From: Bdellovibrionales bacterium | GTDB lineage: Bacteria > Bdellovibrionota > Bdellovibrionia > Bdellovibrionales > JAGQZY01 | Length of the DNA stretch: 64,000 nucleotides | Direction of reading: 5' to 3' | NCBI GenBank assembly: GCA_031426555.1 | Contig: JANPLN010000036.1 | Location: forward strand, 1 to 64,000 | In this document: piece after piece, positions 40,752 through 50,796 of the stretch | How positions within the stretch are numbered: the stretch's first letter is position 1 | How the letters are laid out: every line of letters starts with the position of its first letter | Notes under the pieces: model-generated | Told to the model about the DNA's origin: nothing | The model's database searches: none | The model's input: the letters and a program-made list of their open reading frames with translations, nothing else | Translations under genes and position numbers: made by a program

Positions 40752-42365
40752 CTACGAGAGTGATTTCAATTCGAACGCAATTGTTTTCTGCAAAAGCTCT
40801 ATCTGCTCCTCGGGAGATTTGGGGGCAAACAAGGGAGCAATTAGAGGAGCCAATGAGCGACCATTATCTTGATGAAACAAAAAAAGCGGACTTCGACGGC
40901 AGTAAAAATCGACGAGATTTAAACACATCTCATTGTGAATACAAAACTGAGCCTCTGCCTGCCACATCCGTTCGAAGTCCTGTCCTGCTTTCATCTGCTT
41001 CATCAGATTCAAAACGGTGATGGCTTCTTCGCCCCGTCGTTTGATTAAATATTCAACAACCTTCTGCGAAAATCCCGACTCCTCCGCAAGGCTCTCCACT
41101 TGAAAACGCAGTCGCTCCGATTTGGCAACGGTGGCTGCTGGATTTAAAGGCTGAGTAGTATCGGCATTTTTTAAGCTCATCCGCTCATCAAACGAGAAAC
41201 TGCGCAAACAAACGTCCACAATCTCTTTAGCCATAGAGCGGTAGGTGGTATATTTGCCGCCAGCAACAAGAGTGAGATGGGGGGTTGGCGTAAAAATCTC
41301 ATGCTCCCGGCTGGTTTTCCCTTCGCTGCCCGAACCATCCTGAACCAGGGGGCGCACACCGCTGTAACAAGAAATCACATGTGATTTTTTAAGATGCAAA
41401 CTTGGAAAGTAATCGTTGGTGGTTTTTAAAAGATAATCAACATCGTCGGCGCTCACCGAAACCTGTGCGGGATCATCTTTAAAATCAGTGTCGGTTGTGC
41501 CAACAATCACTACATCTTCTCGCGGGATCACAAACACGATTCGCTCTTGCACGGCCATGACGATCGCTTGATTCACTGGGATTTTTTCGCGTGGGAATAA
41601 AAGATGAATACCTTTGGTGGGTCGCAAAACCGGTTTCCACTGCGGATTGGTTTTCAATCCAAAAATATCGGTCCACGGACCAACGCAGCCTACGACATGT
41701 CGCGCTTTAATGGAGTACTTTTTAGCTGTCAGATTGTCTGTCGCACGAACCAAATACCCATCAGAGCTTTGATCACAACCTTCGACGGTGACGTAGTTGG
41801 CAATTTGCGCCCCCTCGCGGTGGGCAGAGCGCAAAGTTTCGATAACCAAACGGTCGTCTTCCATGTAGGCGTCGGAATAAACCACCGAACCCGACAAGCC
41901 TTCGTTTTTTAAAGTCGGCTCCCGAAGAAGCGTTGTTCGAGCCCGCAAAAACTCATGAACCTTTGGGGCCTCGAAGAACGAAAGCAGATCATATAATATC
42001 ATGCCCGCTTCCATTTTAAATAAACCTACGCGCGAGGACTTATACACAGGAATCAAAAAGCGCAGCGGATGCACCATGTGCGGTGCCATCTGTAAAAGAT
42101 GGCGACGCTCCATCAAAGCCTCGTGCACAAGACCGAATTCGAAGTTTTCTAAATAACGGATTCCACCGTGAACTAATTTGCTGGAGCGCGAACTTGTTCC
42201 AAAAGCGAAGTCGTTGGCCTCAAGCAAAAGCACGCGAAGGCCGCGCATCGCCGCATCGCGCGCCACGCCCGCGCCATTAATGCCTCCACCAACAATCAGC
42301 AAATCAAATTCGTCTTGCTGAGCACTTTCGAGAGCATCTTTCCTGGCGTGCGCGTTGAACATCAT
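40752..42365 (-). CDS. glpD: FAD-dependent glycerol-3-phosphate dehydrogenase
   Basis: GGGINGAG, GTSSRSSKLVHGGIRYL and GGKYTTYR motifs. Confidence 0.95.
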   Translation of the reverse strand: MMFNAHARKDALESAQQDEFDLLIVGGGINGAGVARDAAMRGLRVLLLEANDFAFGTSSRSSKLVHGGIRYLENFEFGLVHEALMERRHLLQMAPHMVHPLRFLIPVYKSSRVGLFKMEAGMILYDLLSFFEAPKVHEFLRARTTLLREPTLKNEGLSGSVVYSDAYMEDDRLVIETLRSAHREGAQIANYVTVEGCDQSSDGYLVRATDNLTAKKYSIKARHVVGCVGPWTDIFGLKTNPQWKPVLRPTKGIHLLFPREKIPVNQAIVMAVQERIVFVIPREDVVIVGTTDTDFKDDPAQVSVSADDVDYLLKTTNDYFPSLHLKKSHVISCYSGVRPLVQDGSGSEGKTSREHEIFTPTPHLTLVAGGKYTTYRSMAKEIVDVCLRSFSFDERMSLKNADTTQPLNPAATVAKSERLRFQVESLAEESGFSQKVVEYLIKRRGEEAITVLNLMKQMKAGQDFERMWQAEAQFCIHNEMCLNLVDFYCRRSPLFLFHQDNGRSLAPLIAPLFAPKSPEEQIELLQKTIAFELKSLS

Positions 42366-42378
42366 TAATTCCCTGCTG

Positions 42379-42819
42379 CTATGAACCCAACTTAGTACTC
42401 GAGAAACTTCCCACTTCGATGGACGCGAGAATAGGAGCTACGTTTGTTTCTTTTATAAAATCCAATTGTGTATTGAAAAAAACTTTTTGTAAATGTTTGT
42501 CGCGAGCCCAGCGGTAGGCGATATCGATCATTTCTTGCGCATCATCTGCACGCGACGCCGAAACATGTTCGATCCACAGGCTCTGCGTCCACCCTTCAAA
42601 AAACAACAGCGGCTGGCACAGAATATAAGCCACGAGCTCGCCTTTTTCTCGCTTACAAAATGACCACCCGAGAGGGAGATAGTGCTCCAGAGCTTCTCTG
42701 CGCCAGCGAGCATGCCACGAAGCCATCTCGCGATCAAAGTCTTCACCAACCAGTTTGGATTTTTCGAAAGTCAGGATCGATTCCAAATCTTGCGGCGCTA
42801 ATATCTTTACTTCCGTCAT
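42379..42819 (-). CDS. Hypothetical GNAT-like protein
   Basis: ELVAYIL...LWIEHV pattern; promoter directly upstream. Confidence 0.6.
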   Translation of the reverse strand: MTEVKILAPQDLESILTFEKSKLVGEDFDREMASWHARWRREALEHYLPLGWSFCKREKGELVAYILCQPLLFFEGWTQSLWIEHVSASRADDAQEMIDIAYRWARDKHLQKVFFNTQLDFIKETNVAPILASIEVGSFSSTKLGS

Positions 42820-42842
42820 GGGCTGAAGATATCCTCTTGAAT

Positions 42843-43607
42843 ATGACGGTCAAGCCTTTTTCAAAAGAACTCACCGAACAAATACTCTCTCAAATCGACG
42901 CTTTTATTGCCACAAATCAAGGGCCCCACTACGCCGCGTTTGATGCCGATGGAACGCTTTGGAACTCCGATGTGGGTGAGAATTTTTTTCAATACCAAAT
43001 TGACTTTTGCGAGCTCGCTCCGCTGAAGTCATTGGACCCTTGGAAACATTATGAAAGTCTTAAAAAAAATTACCCCCCAGACGCTTATCTCTGGCTTGCA
43101 CAACTTTGTGCGCCGTATCCACTGGAAGAGGTTCGCGAATGGGCCCAGGAGACTTTGACGTCTTTTCCACCCGTGGTTCTTGCCTCGCAAAAAGTGCTTA
43201 TCGCGGAATTACTAAAACGAAAAATTCAGATTTTTGTTGTGAGCGCCTCGACCCACTGGGCTGTGGAAGCGGCGGTCTCGCTTGTTGGCCTTGGACCAGA
43301 GTGTGCTTTGGGAGTGAAAACGAAAGTGGTCAACGGTCTGGTAACTAAAGAGCAAGAGGGTTCCATCACCTGGCGCGAAGGAAAGCGCACGGCACTCCTC
43401 GAAAAAACCCAGGGAGTGGCTCCCATCTTTTGTTCCGGAAACTCTTCGGGAGACTTGCACTTACTCGAGTGCTCGTCGTTGATTCGATTGGCGGTGCAAA
43501 CGCAAACGGCCTCATCCAAACATGCAGGGCTTTTTCAGGATGAACAAAAACTTTTAGGCGTTGCTAATGAGCGTGGATGGCTTACACATAATTTTAATTT
43601 GCGTTAA
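42843..43607 (+). CDS. HAD-superfamily hydrolase
   Basis: FDADGTLW, VVSAS, GK and GNSSGD motifs. Confidence 0.88.
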   Translation: MTVKPFSKELTEQILSQIDAFIATNQGPHYAAFDADGTLWNSDVGENFFQYQIDFCELAPLKSLDPWKHYESLKKNYPPDAYLWLAQLCAPYPLEEVREWAQETLTSFPPVVLASQKVLIAELLKRKIQIFVVSASTHWAVEAAVSLVGLGPECALGVKTKVVNGLVTKEQEGSITWREGKRTALLEKTQGVAPIFCSGNSSGDLHLLECSSLIRLAVQTQTASSKHAGLFQDEQKLLGVANERGWLTHNFNLR

Positions 43608-44985
43608 TAAACGGAATTTTTCCCAAACGCACTTGCATTGATGCATAGGCGCGAAGCACGTCGGCTGTTGTTTCTATAATGCGAAGAGAGGCTTCGGCTG
43701 ACGCCTGTTCTCGCAAATTGACGATGAGCACGTTGGTGTCGCCTTGTCGAAAGCGTGTGCGCTCACCGTTTTCTAAATATTGAGCCAATTCATGCTCCTG
43801 GATGGACAGCTCTCTTCGCTCTATCGAAACCTCTAGATTTTTTTGTAGGGCCGCAAGCTCTGCTTTCCACTGACGTTCTAAAAGCTCTCTCTCAAACTCC
43901 ACCTTCCGTATATTGGCTGAAACCTGATCTCGCTGACCCTTAATGTTTCGATACTGTAGTGGCACCTGGAACTGCAAGCTGACGGTCGTATTATCGTCGG
44001 CCAGTTTGGTTCCCCCAAAGCCGCTGTCCTTGGAATATTCTGCCTTCAAATCCAATCTTGGCAAGAATTGGTTCTGCTGCAGATCTTTGTCGATATTAAG
44101 CTGTGCCAGTTGCGTCGCAATGGCCGCAAACTCCGGACGGTCATTCAGCGCTCTCTTCATCAGTTCATCAACCGGCCTTTTAAATTCAGACGTCTGTTGC
44201 GGCACAAACCAACGAGACTCGATATTTTTGTCTGACAGCGAGGAGGACACCACTTTTTTTTGTAAAAGCTCACTGGATATGAATACCGCCAGTTGTGATT
44301 CGCGCGCCTTTAGCTCTAAGTCAGCTTGCAATAGAGAAGATTGCCTTAATAGCACTGTTCTTAAATTGTCTTTGCGTTCAAAAACTGGGATGTCGCCAGC
44401 TCGAGTGCGTTTTTCCAGCCACTGATCGCGAAGTTTAGCGATATCCAAAAGACTTTTCTGAATTCTCCATCTTCCGAGTGACACTTTCCAATTCCAATAT
44501 GCAAAAAGTGCTTTCTCAATCTCCCGTAGTTCTGTGGCGCGAAGCTGAAGCGTTTGCCTCTCGACTTGCAATTTACTTTTATTGAACGTGGCACGACGAG
44601 AATCGGTTAAAAATCCTCTCAAAAGAGGAAGCTTCGCCCCCAGGTTCCACTCTCCCCGGTCCAGAGTCTCTTGGTCACCGTAATAGATCGGAAGAAGCCC
44701 TCGGCTTTCGCGAAACCCGCCATAGAGATCTAAGCCAAATAGCGACGTTGGTTTTCTGATTTGTGAATCAAAGACAGAATACTCGTAGTCTCCTGTCGTA
44801 TCTTTCCATTCTCCCTCGATCACTATATCAAAAGCCCCTCTTGCTGTCAGCTCCTGAGCTTCTGAAACCTTCACATCTTGTTGACTCATTTGAACGGCAG
44901 GAAACTGTGAAATGACTTCATTAACCATCTCTGACTCTGTGACGTCGGCCCGCGTGATAAGAGCTAAAAGAATAACTGCTAACAT
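43594..44985 (-). CDS. TolC family outer-membrane efflux protein
   Basis: Signal peptide; ARGAFD, LPLLRG, LPRLDL and VNLREQ motifs. Confidence 0.9.
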   Translation of the reverse strand: MLAVILLALITRADVTESEMVNEVISQFPAVQMSQQDVKVSEAQELTARGAFDIVIEGEWKDTTGDYEYSVFDSQIRKPTSLFGLDLYGGFRESRGLLPIYYGDQETLDRGEWNLGAKLPLLRGFLTDSRRATFNKSKLQVERQTLQLRATELREIEKALFAYWNWKVSLGRWRIQKSLLDIAKLRDQWLEKRTRAGDIPVFERKDNLRTVLLRQSSLLQADLELKARESQLAVFISSELLQKKVVSSSLSDKNIESRWFVPQQTSEFKRPVDELMKRALNDRPEFAAIATQLAQLNIDKDLQQNQFLPRLDLKAEYSKDSGFGGTKLADDNTTVSLQFQVPLQYRNIKGQRDQVSANIRKVEFERELLERQWKAELAALQKNLEVSIERRELSIQEHELAQYLENGERTRFRQGDTNVLIVNLREQASAEASLRIIETTADVLRAYASMQVRLGKIPFINAN

Positions 44986-44988
44986 AAT

Positions 44989-46020
44989 TTATTCCTTTTT
45001 ATCGCTTTCATCTTTCAGTTTGGCTTTTTTGTATATCGGCAAATTACTTGGCGGGAAACCGTTAAATTGCCGCCAGATTTCCCACCCGAGCGGGACATCG
45101 CCTAGCAACACCCAGGAGTTTGCGCGAACTCCCTGGCGCAAATAACGTGCGTCAGGCCATTCGTTTTTATCCGGAACCACAATCACTCGAAAATTTCCCT
45201 GCCCGTCATCCAAAGCATCGATCGTTGCCACACGGCCAAAAAACGTACCCACAGATGCATCGGGCACTCCGGAGAAAAATACCGAAGGCCAACCTTCAAA
45301 GTTCAAAGCCACCTTGTGGTCTTCGTAGACCCAGGGCATATCGTTACCAGATACCCATAGTTCGACAGCGCGAGAGGTGGTCTCGGGCACGATAACAGCA
45401 AGGGGTTCTCCAGCTTTTATATACTCAACTCCGCCAGAAGAAGTTTTTAAAATTCGTACTACAGTGCCGTCGATTGGTGCTTCGATCATCTGTTGCTCTT
45501 GTCGAGAAAGCCGGACGTCAAAGCGCGATAAATCTGCAAGGGAGGTGGCTTCATCAGATTCCAGTTTCGCTAGCTCCATTTGCGCTTGTTCTTGCTGTCT
45601 TCGCGAACTAAGTCCTTGTCGAAACAGTTCTTTTTGACGTGTCACATTCAAATAGGCTGTCTTGCGCCCCAGCTCGATGGCCTCGAATTTTTTTTCTAAA
45701 GCATCACGCTCCTTATTCATGCGGTCGATGATCTGTGGATCGTTGTCAGAAAGCTCGACAATGGGTTCGCCTTTTTTTACTTTTTGACCCTCTTGTACAA
45801 ACCATTTTTGAATACGCCCCTCAATGGGGGCCGTTAGCTCTTGGCGACGTTCTTCGGGATTGAGCGCAATAACGCGTCCATACCCTTGCACCGTTTGCAT
45901 CCAGGGCATAAACCCACAGAGGAGCAGAAAAAAGATTCCAGCATAGATCGTGTACTTGGAATATTTGTGCCAGATAGGCCGATCGCTTATAAGAGCCTCT
46001 AGGGAACGGTGGGAATTCAT
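44989..46020 (-). CDS. HlyD family membrane fusion protein
   Basis: TM, biotinyl-lipoyl APIEGRIQKWFVQEG, and FEGWP...WRQFNGFPP motifs. Confidence 0.92.
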   Translation of the reverse strand: MNSHRSLEALISDRPIWHKYSKYTIYAGIFFLLLCGFMPWMQTVQGYGRVIALNPEERRQELTAPIEGRIQKWFVQEGQKVKKGEPIVELSDNDPQIIDRMNKERDALEKKFEAIELGRKTAYLNVTRQKELFRQGLSSRRQQEQAQMELAKLESDEATSLADLSRFDVRLSRQEQQMIEAPIDGTVVRILKTSSGGVEYIKAGEPLAVIVPETTSRAVELWVSGNDMPWVYEDHKVALNFEGWPSVFFSGVPDASVGTFFGRVATIDALDDGQGNFRVIVVPDKNEWPDARYLRQGVRANSWVLLGDVPLGWEIWRQFNGFPPSNLPIYKKAKLKDESDKKE

Positions 46021-46021
46021 T

Positions 46022-46927
46022 TTAGATCCCCATCTCTAACAGCTTTAGTTTTTTGATGGACACGGCGGAATCGTAATAATAGTCGAGGATATTAGAAAAT
46101 TTAAAAAGTGAAATCAATAAACTCGTCACGATAAGTTCGCTGGCAATCAACTGGCCAATCGTCATTTGATTTTGAAACACGAGAACACCACCGACGATAA
46201 GCAATAATGTAGCTGCCAAAATTTTGATAATAAAAAGCCCAATGGATTGCTTCATATAATTCGCATATTTTTGTTCCCGGAGACTAAAATACTCAAGGAC
46301 TTCTGCTTCAACGTCGATGTCTCCTGGTCGCTCGAGAGAGTCGGCTTGCAATTCTTCGATTAACTGGTGTTTTTTATTCGACTCTAAAATCGCAAGGTTT
46401 AAAGTTTTTTTGCCCATAACTATGGTTACCCAATAAAAAGCAGAAACGAGAACAACACAGTAAATAACGAAGAAGGGATGGTATATACTGATGAGAATCA
46501 TTACCAAAGCAGACTGCAATAAGAAGGTAAACCCATCAAAAAAAAGCGGAATTATACTTTTTTGAAGAGAAACCGATTCAAATATGTAATTTAATTTTTT
46601 CTTGCTTATCGATTTTTGTGATTCTTGCGATTTTATCGCGTAGTTTTTTGTATCTTCAATTGCCTTTAAGAAAAGTCTGCGCTGGAGATATTCGGAAAGG
46701 TGCATTTGCAAAATTCGCATAACTGTAATTCCAACCAGAAAAAGTCCAATCGAAAAAACCAAAAAAACTGTTGATTGTTGAAAAACAAGCAAAGTGTATT
46801 GCTGTATCAAGGTTTGAATCAAAAATGGAATAGACAGTATCAAAAAACTACTTGCCGTTGCAAAAATAAGCATTGCACGAATACTTTTTTTGTCTGCCTT
46901 AAAATAGGCAATCATTTCTTGAATCAT
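46022..46927 (-). CDS. ABC transporter transmembrane domain only (no nucleotide-binding domain)
   Basis: ISIYHPFF, ESNKKH and QMTIGQLIASELIV motifs. The ORF ends after the last TM with no Walker A/B. Confidence 0.8.
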   Translation of the reverse strand: MIQEMIAYFKADKKSIRAMLIFATASSFLILSIPFLIQTLIQQYTLLVFQQSTVFLVFSIGLFLVGITVMRILQMHLSEYLQRRLFLKAIEDTKNYAIKSQESQKSISKKKLNYIFESVSLQKSIIPLFFDGFTFLLQSALVMILISIYHPFFVIYCVVLVSAFYWVTIVMGKKTLNLAILESNKKHQLIEELQADSLERPGDIDVEAEVLEYFSLREQKYANYMKQSIGLFIIKILAATLLLIVGGVLVFQNQMTIGQLIASELIVTSLLISLFKFSNILDYYYDSAVSIKKLKLLEMGI

Positions 46928-47122
46928 AGATCCTCCGCAGAATTTTCAGTATCAATGCTTTTTTAACACAGGTAAAGTGAATATTTGTTTCCCTTAATGG
47001 CGGGCTGGTTCGACGTGCTACTCAAACCGGTAGTATCCTCCTAAAATGCACTATCTTACAAATCGATAATAGAATTGACTTGCATCTATTTAAGCAATAC
47101 CAATTTGACTTGAGGAGTATTA

Positions 47123-48007
47123 ATGAATTTTTGGATTAATTACCACCATCTTTTTTACTTTAAAACCATCGCCGAAGAGGGCACGGTTTCCAAGGCCGCC
47201 GAAAAGCTTCGACTGGGGCAGCCAACACTATCGGCCCAACTCAAACAGTTTGAGGAAACTCTCGGCGTTAAACTTTTCGAAAGAGCTCACAAGAAGTTAA
47301 TATTAACGGAGCAGGGCAAAGTAGCCCTAGATTATGCGAAAAATATTTTCAAAATGGGCTCTGAAATGTATGAGGTGCTTCACGACAGGATCAAGCCTCT
47401 AAAACCTTCTCTTCATTTGGGCGCTCTCGACAGTGTTCCAAAACAAATTGTTCTTCAGCTGGTCAAACACGCCTTCAAAATTTCGCTCTGCCAGATCACC
47501 CTGTCCGAGGGCAAGTCAGATGAGCTCATGCGAGAACTTTCGGCCCATCGTATGGACCTAGTGGTGACAAACTTTCTGCCGACGGGCACTGATGCTAAAG
47601 GACTTTATCCTAGATCTATAACCAAGAAAAATGTCGCTTTCTTTGCGGCTCCAAAATTTAAACGGTTGAGGAAAAATTTTCCTCAATCTATTTCCGGCGA
47701 ACCGATGATTTTCCCCACATACGACAGTCGACTCCGTCAAGATCTGGAACATTGGGCAAAAATCAACCATATTGAACTCAACATTATTACTGAAAGCCAG
47801 GATATATCCGTAAAAAAATTGATGGCGATTAATGAGCTCGGACTGATACCCACTGCCACCCACACAGTCACAGGACAAGTATTGCGGGGCGAGTTGATTG
47901 AAATTGGCCAACTCCAGGGAGTTTACGAAGAGCTTTTCTTGGTAAGTGCTCAAAGAAAGATTGAAAACTCAATCGCTTCAAAACTGAGAGACTCTTTTAT
48001 TGTATAG
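47123..48007 (+). CDS. LysR family regulator, NhaR-like
   Basis: WINYHHLFYF...KAAEKLRLGQPTLSAQLK; LDSVPK. Confidence 0.93.
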   Translation: MNFWINYHHLFYFKTIAEEGTVSKAAEKLRLGQPTLSAQLKQFEETLGVKLFERAHKKLILTEQGKVALDYAKNIFKMGSEMYEVLHDRIKPLKPSLHLGALDSVPKQIVLQLVKHAFKISLCQITLSEGKSDELMRELSAHRMDLVVTNFLPTGTDAKGLYPRSITKKNVAFFAAPKFKRLRKNFPQSISGEPMIFPTYDSRLRQDLEHWAKINHIELNIITESQDISVKKLMAINELGLIPTATHTVTGQVLRGELIEIGQLQGVYEELFLVSAQRKIENSIASKLRDSFIV

Positions 48008-48312
48008 CTTTTAGCATTGCAAAGTAGCAGTTTTATCTATTTTAAAATACTTGCATTCTAATTTAAGTTGTCATGTCTTAGCTCTCAACCGCTTGGACTT
48101 TGTTTAAGGCGAACACGAAAGCAAAATCGCCCACTATTCAGATGGTTTTCCCTAGCCTAACCATCTTTTTTGCTTCGTGTTCAGCCTTGCTTTCGAAGTC
48201 CAGCCACTTACCTAGAAAAACTACGTATAGATTAAAGCAATCAACCCTTATGTTTTTATCGAGTTTATTATTTTCAACAAACTCCGTAAGTTAATTACAA
48301 CAGGAGGTTTGG

Positions 48313-49428
48313 ATGACTGCGGATAGTTTAAACATTACTGCTCTAATTAATTCCAAAAAAGGTGTTCACATCTCAATCTACATTCCACGTCCCACCAGTG
48401 ACATTCACTTTAAGAGCCTGGTACAAGCGTCGCTGGCGAAATGTCTAAATCAGATTGGTACCAATCTGACTGCCGAGAAAACTGAGGAACTATTGGGACC
48501 TATTAAAGGACTGATAAACAATCCCAAAATGATATCTGGATTTAACACGAATATTGCAATTTTTAGGACAACTGAATATTTGAGGTTAGTGAGTTTGCCT
48601 ACTGACATTAATTTCTCTGTGCATGTTGCCGACAGCTTTCACGTGAAGCCACTGTTAGCTTATATTAATCAAGACTATAAGTATCTATTTTTTGGATCTG
48701 ACGGCAAAAAAGGATACTTATATCAAGGCTCGAAAAAGTCCTATCATTTAGTTAAGGAGTTTCTGTTTCGTACCGATGATTCTTTCGCCAGTGATGTGAA
48801 ATACAAAAATTTAAAAACTGCCGCTCAGAGAAAAAAATATCTTCTGCGAAAAAACGTAAGCTGGGTTGAAGAAGCTATTTTGGCCATCGACAGGGACCAA
48901 TCGTATTCAATATTTATTTCGGCAAACACAGCGGAGACTAAAACTCTCAGAGATGCTTTAAAAAATAATCAGGTCTACTGGAGAAATGTCTCGAAAAAGT
49001 TTCATCCAGAAAACGAAAAGTCTACCATGCAGACGATTCATACCACTTTAGACTTGGAAAAGGTCATTTCTTTGAATCTATCTCTGAGCGATTTTGAAAA
49101 GCCAAACCTCCCAAGACTTGCTACTACGTATGTTTCTTATGACCTCAACGAAATTTCAAAAGCTGCGAAGCGTGGGCACGTAAAAAAGCTGTTAATCGCT
49201 TCTGATGATAGCGTGTTTGGGAAGCTTGATGACATAAGCGGAGAAGTAAAAGTGCAAGAGGCAGACATGGACCATATCGATGACGACCTCCTTGATGATA
49301 TCGCTCAAAATGTTTTTAAATCTGGCGGTGAGGTTTTGCTTTTGAAGAAAAAATTAATGCCTTTCGGAGAACTTATTGCTGCCACGATAAAAAATACTAA
49401 AAAAGGAGTGCTACAATGCTCAAAATAG
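48313..49428 (+). CDS. Bacterial archaeo-eukaryotic release factor (baeRF3-like, Balon-like) protein 1
   Basis: HISIYIP, DSFHVKPLL, AAKRGHVKKLLI and DDLLDDIAQNVFKSGGEV motifs; no GGQ; AGGAGG RBS. Confidence 0.75.
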   Translation: MTADSLNITALINSKKGVHISIYIPRPTSDIHFKSLVQASLAKCLNQIGTNLTAEKTEELLGPIKGLINNPKMISGFNTNIAIFRTTEYLRLVSLPTDINFSVHVADSFHVKPLLAYINQDYKYLFFGSDGKKGYLYQGSKKSYHLVKEFLFRTDDSFASDVKYKNLKTAAQRKKYLLRKNVSWVEEAILAIDRDQSYSIFISANTAETKTLRDALKNNQVYWRNVSKKFHPENEKSTMQTIHTTLDLEKVISLNLSLSDFEKPNLPRLATTYVSYDLNEISKAAKRGHVKKLLIASDDSVFGKLDDISGEVKVQEADMDHIDDDLLDDIAQNVFKSGGEVLLLKKKLMPFGELIAATIKNTKKGVLQCSK

Positions 49429-49772
49429 CCTTTAAAAACTTAGACAAATCGCAACTTGCTTCCGACATAGTTACGGAAAGATTCGAGTTGCTATTAAAAA
49501 AGTTCCCTGACCTGGAAGACCATAATATCGAAGTTTATTTATCTATGGAAAACTCGCCTTCACAAGTAGGACGTGACTTTTTTGCCGTGAACGTTGTTTT
49601 CACTGGCAAAAAGTACGGCAAACTTGTTGTAGAAAAGAAAAACATAAACCTGTACGTTGCCTTGGACGACTTACTACTTGTCATGCAGGAGACTTTGAAT
49701 CGAAAAGGAGACAAGGTGCGCGTTCGTCGACGAACTTCATCGAGAAAACAAAAATTAACTTATGCTATCTGA
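49416..49772 (+). CDS. HPF/RaiA family ribosome-associated protein
   Basis: MLKIAFKNLDKS...NLYVALD...LNR pattern with a basic C-terminal helix; overlaps the upstream stop, AAGGAG RBS. Confidence 0.75.
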   Translation: MLKIAFKNLDKSQLASDIVTERFELLLKKFPDLEDHNIEVYLSMENSPSQVGRDFFAVNVVFTGKKYGKLVVEKKNINLYVALDDLLLVMQETLNRKGDKVRVRRRTSSRKQKLTYAI

Positions 49773-49791
49773 AAAGGAACTTTGGACGCGA

Positions 49792-50778
49792 TTATATGGT
49801 ACTTTTATATTCGTCCCGTAGAATTCCGAAAATCACCATACTTTCTGGCATATCCGTTTGGGGCACCACAGTCACGGTCCCCTTATGCTTTATTACAAGC
49901 TCCGACAGATCATCTAGAATATCGTCATCGTAGGAATCTACTTGCTTTAAATGGGTTGTGATCTTTTCCCTACTTGGATCTATATAGCCCCAAACTTTTT
50001 TGTCCCCTGCTATGTAAAGACTTTTGATTTCGCCTCGCTTTGCATGGTTAAAAATGTCTTCGATGCGCGAAATAATTTTGCCTTTTATTTTTGCAGCCAG
50101 AAACTGCTCGGAAATTTTCGCCTCTAATTTTCTAAAAACTGGCTCAATATGCTTAAAGATATGTCGCAGTAATTCTCTGGTTTTTAATTTCTGCGAAATA
50201 AGTAGGGGATCTTTGTAGGAATTGTCATAGTTTGATACTGATTTAAATCTATCTATCTGATCGAGGTTACCTGTGAAAACGAGTAAGAGTTTTCTTTTTG
50301 CAAGAATGTTCATTACATAGTGGTCAATTTTTAAGTAATCTACTTGGTTTTGTGGAACTTTGAAAATATCTAAAAGAACTAAGGTCTTCATATTCACTTG
50401 AAAGAATTTTACGTTGCTATCGGCGAAAACGAGCATCGCAATGTCTTTGTTTCGCTGATGCATTTTGATGAGAGGTTTGATGTGAAAACTGGTAGAAACT
50501 ACGAACAGCTCTTCTTCGCATTTAATAAGTGGCACATACATTTTTGCGTGGCTACTCAAAAAAACTGCCGCAGGAAACGTCTCTATAAGGTTTTTCCCAG
50601 CTTCGATGGATCCAAATAGCGCTAGAAACTGTTCTGCATTAAGATCTTGCCGGGCCACTCGTTGAGCTTCCTCAATTAACCTCTCAAGCTCCTTAAAATT
50701 GCTTACGTAAAAGCTCGCACAAAAATCCTGGTTTTGTGTGCCCGCGAAAAGTACGTCTTCGTAAGATACTTTTTTAAT
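49792..50778 (-). CDS. baeRF3-like (Balon-like) protein 2, probable ATT start
   Basis: FHIKPLI, AKRGEIKSLYI and DDILDDLSELVIKHKGTV motifs. Frame stays open 40 codons upstream of the GTG at 50658, to an ATT preceded by GAGAGG. Confidence 0.7.
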   Translation of the reverse strand: MKKVSYEDVLFAGTQNQDFCASFYVSNFKELERLIEEAQRVARQDLNAEQFLALFGSIEAGKNLIETFPAAVFLSSHAKMYVPLIKCEEELFVVSTSFHIKPLIKMHQRNKDIAMLVFADSNVKFFQVNMKTLVLLDIFKVPQNQVDYLKIDHYVMNILAKRKLLLVFTGNLDQIDRFKSVSNYDNSYKDPLLISQKLKTRELLRHIFKHIEPVFRKLEAKISEQFLAAKIKGKIISRIEDIFNHAKRGEIKSLYIAGDKKVWGYIDPSREKITTHLKQVDSYDDDILDDLSELVIKHKGTVTVVPQTDMPESMVIFGILRDEYKSTI

Positions 50779-50796
50779 AGAACACCTCTCTACTTA

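Noticed and set aside
48100..48294. 64-aa ORF between LysR and baeRF
   Set aside because: TTG start, weak RBS, no motifs; probably promoter region.
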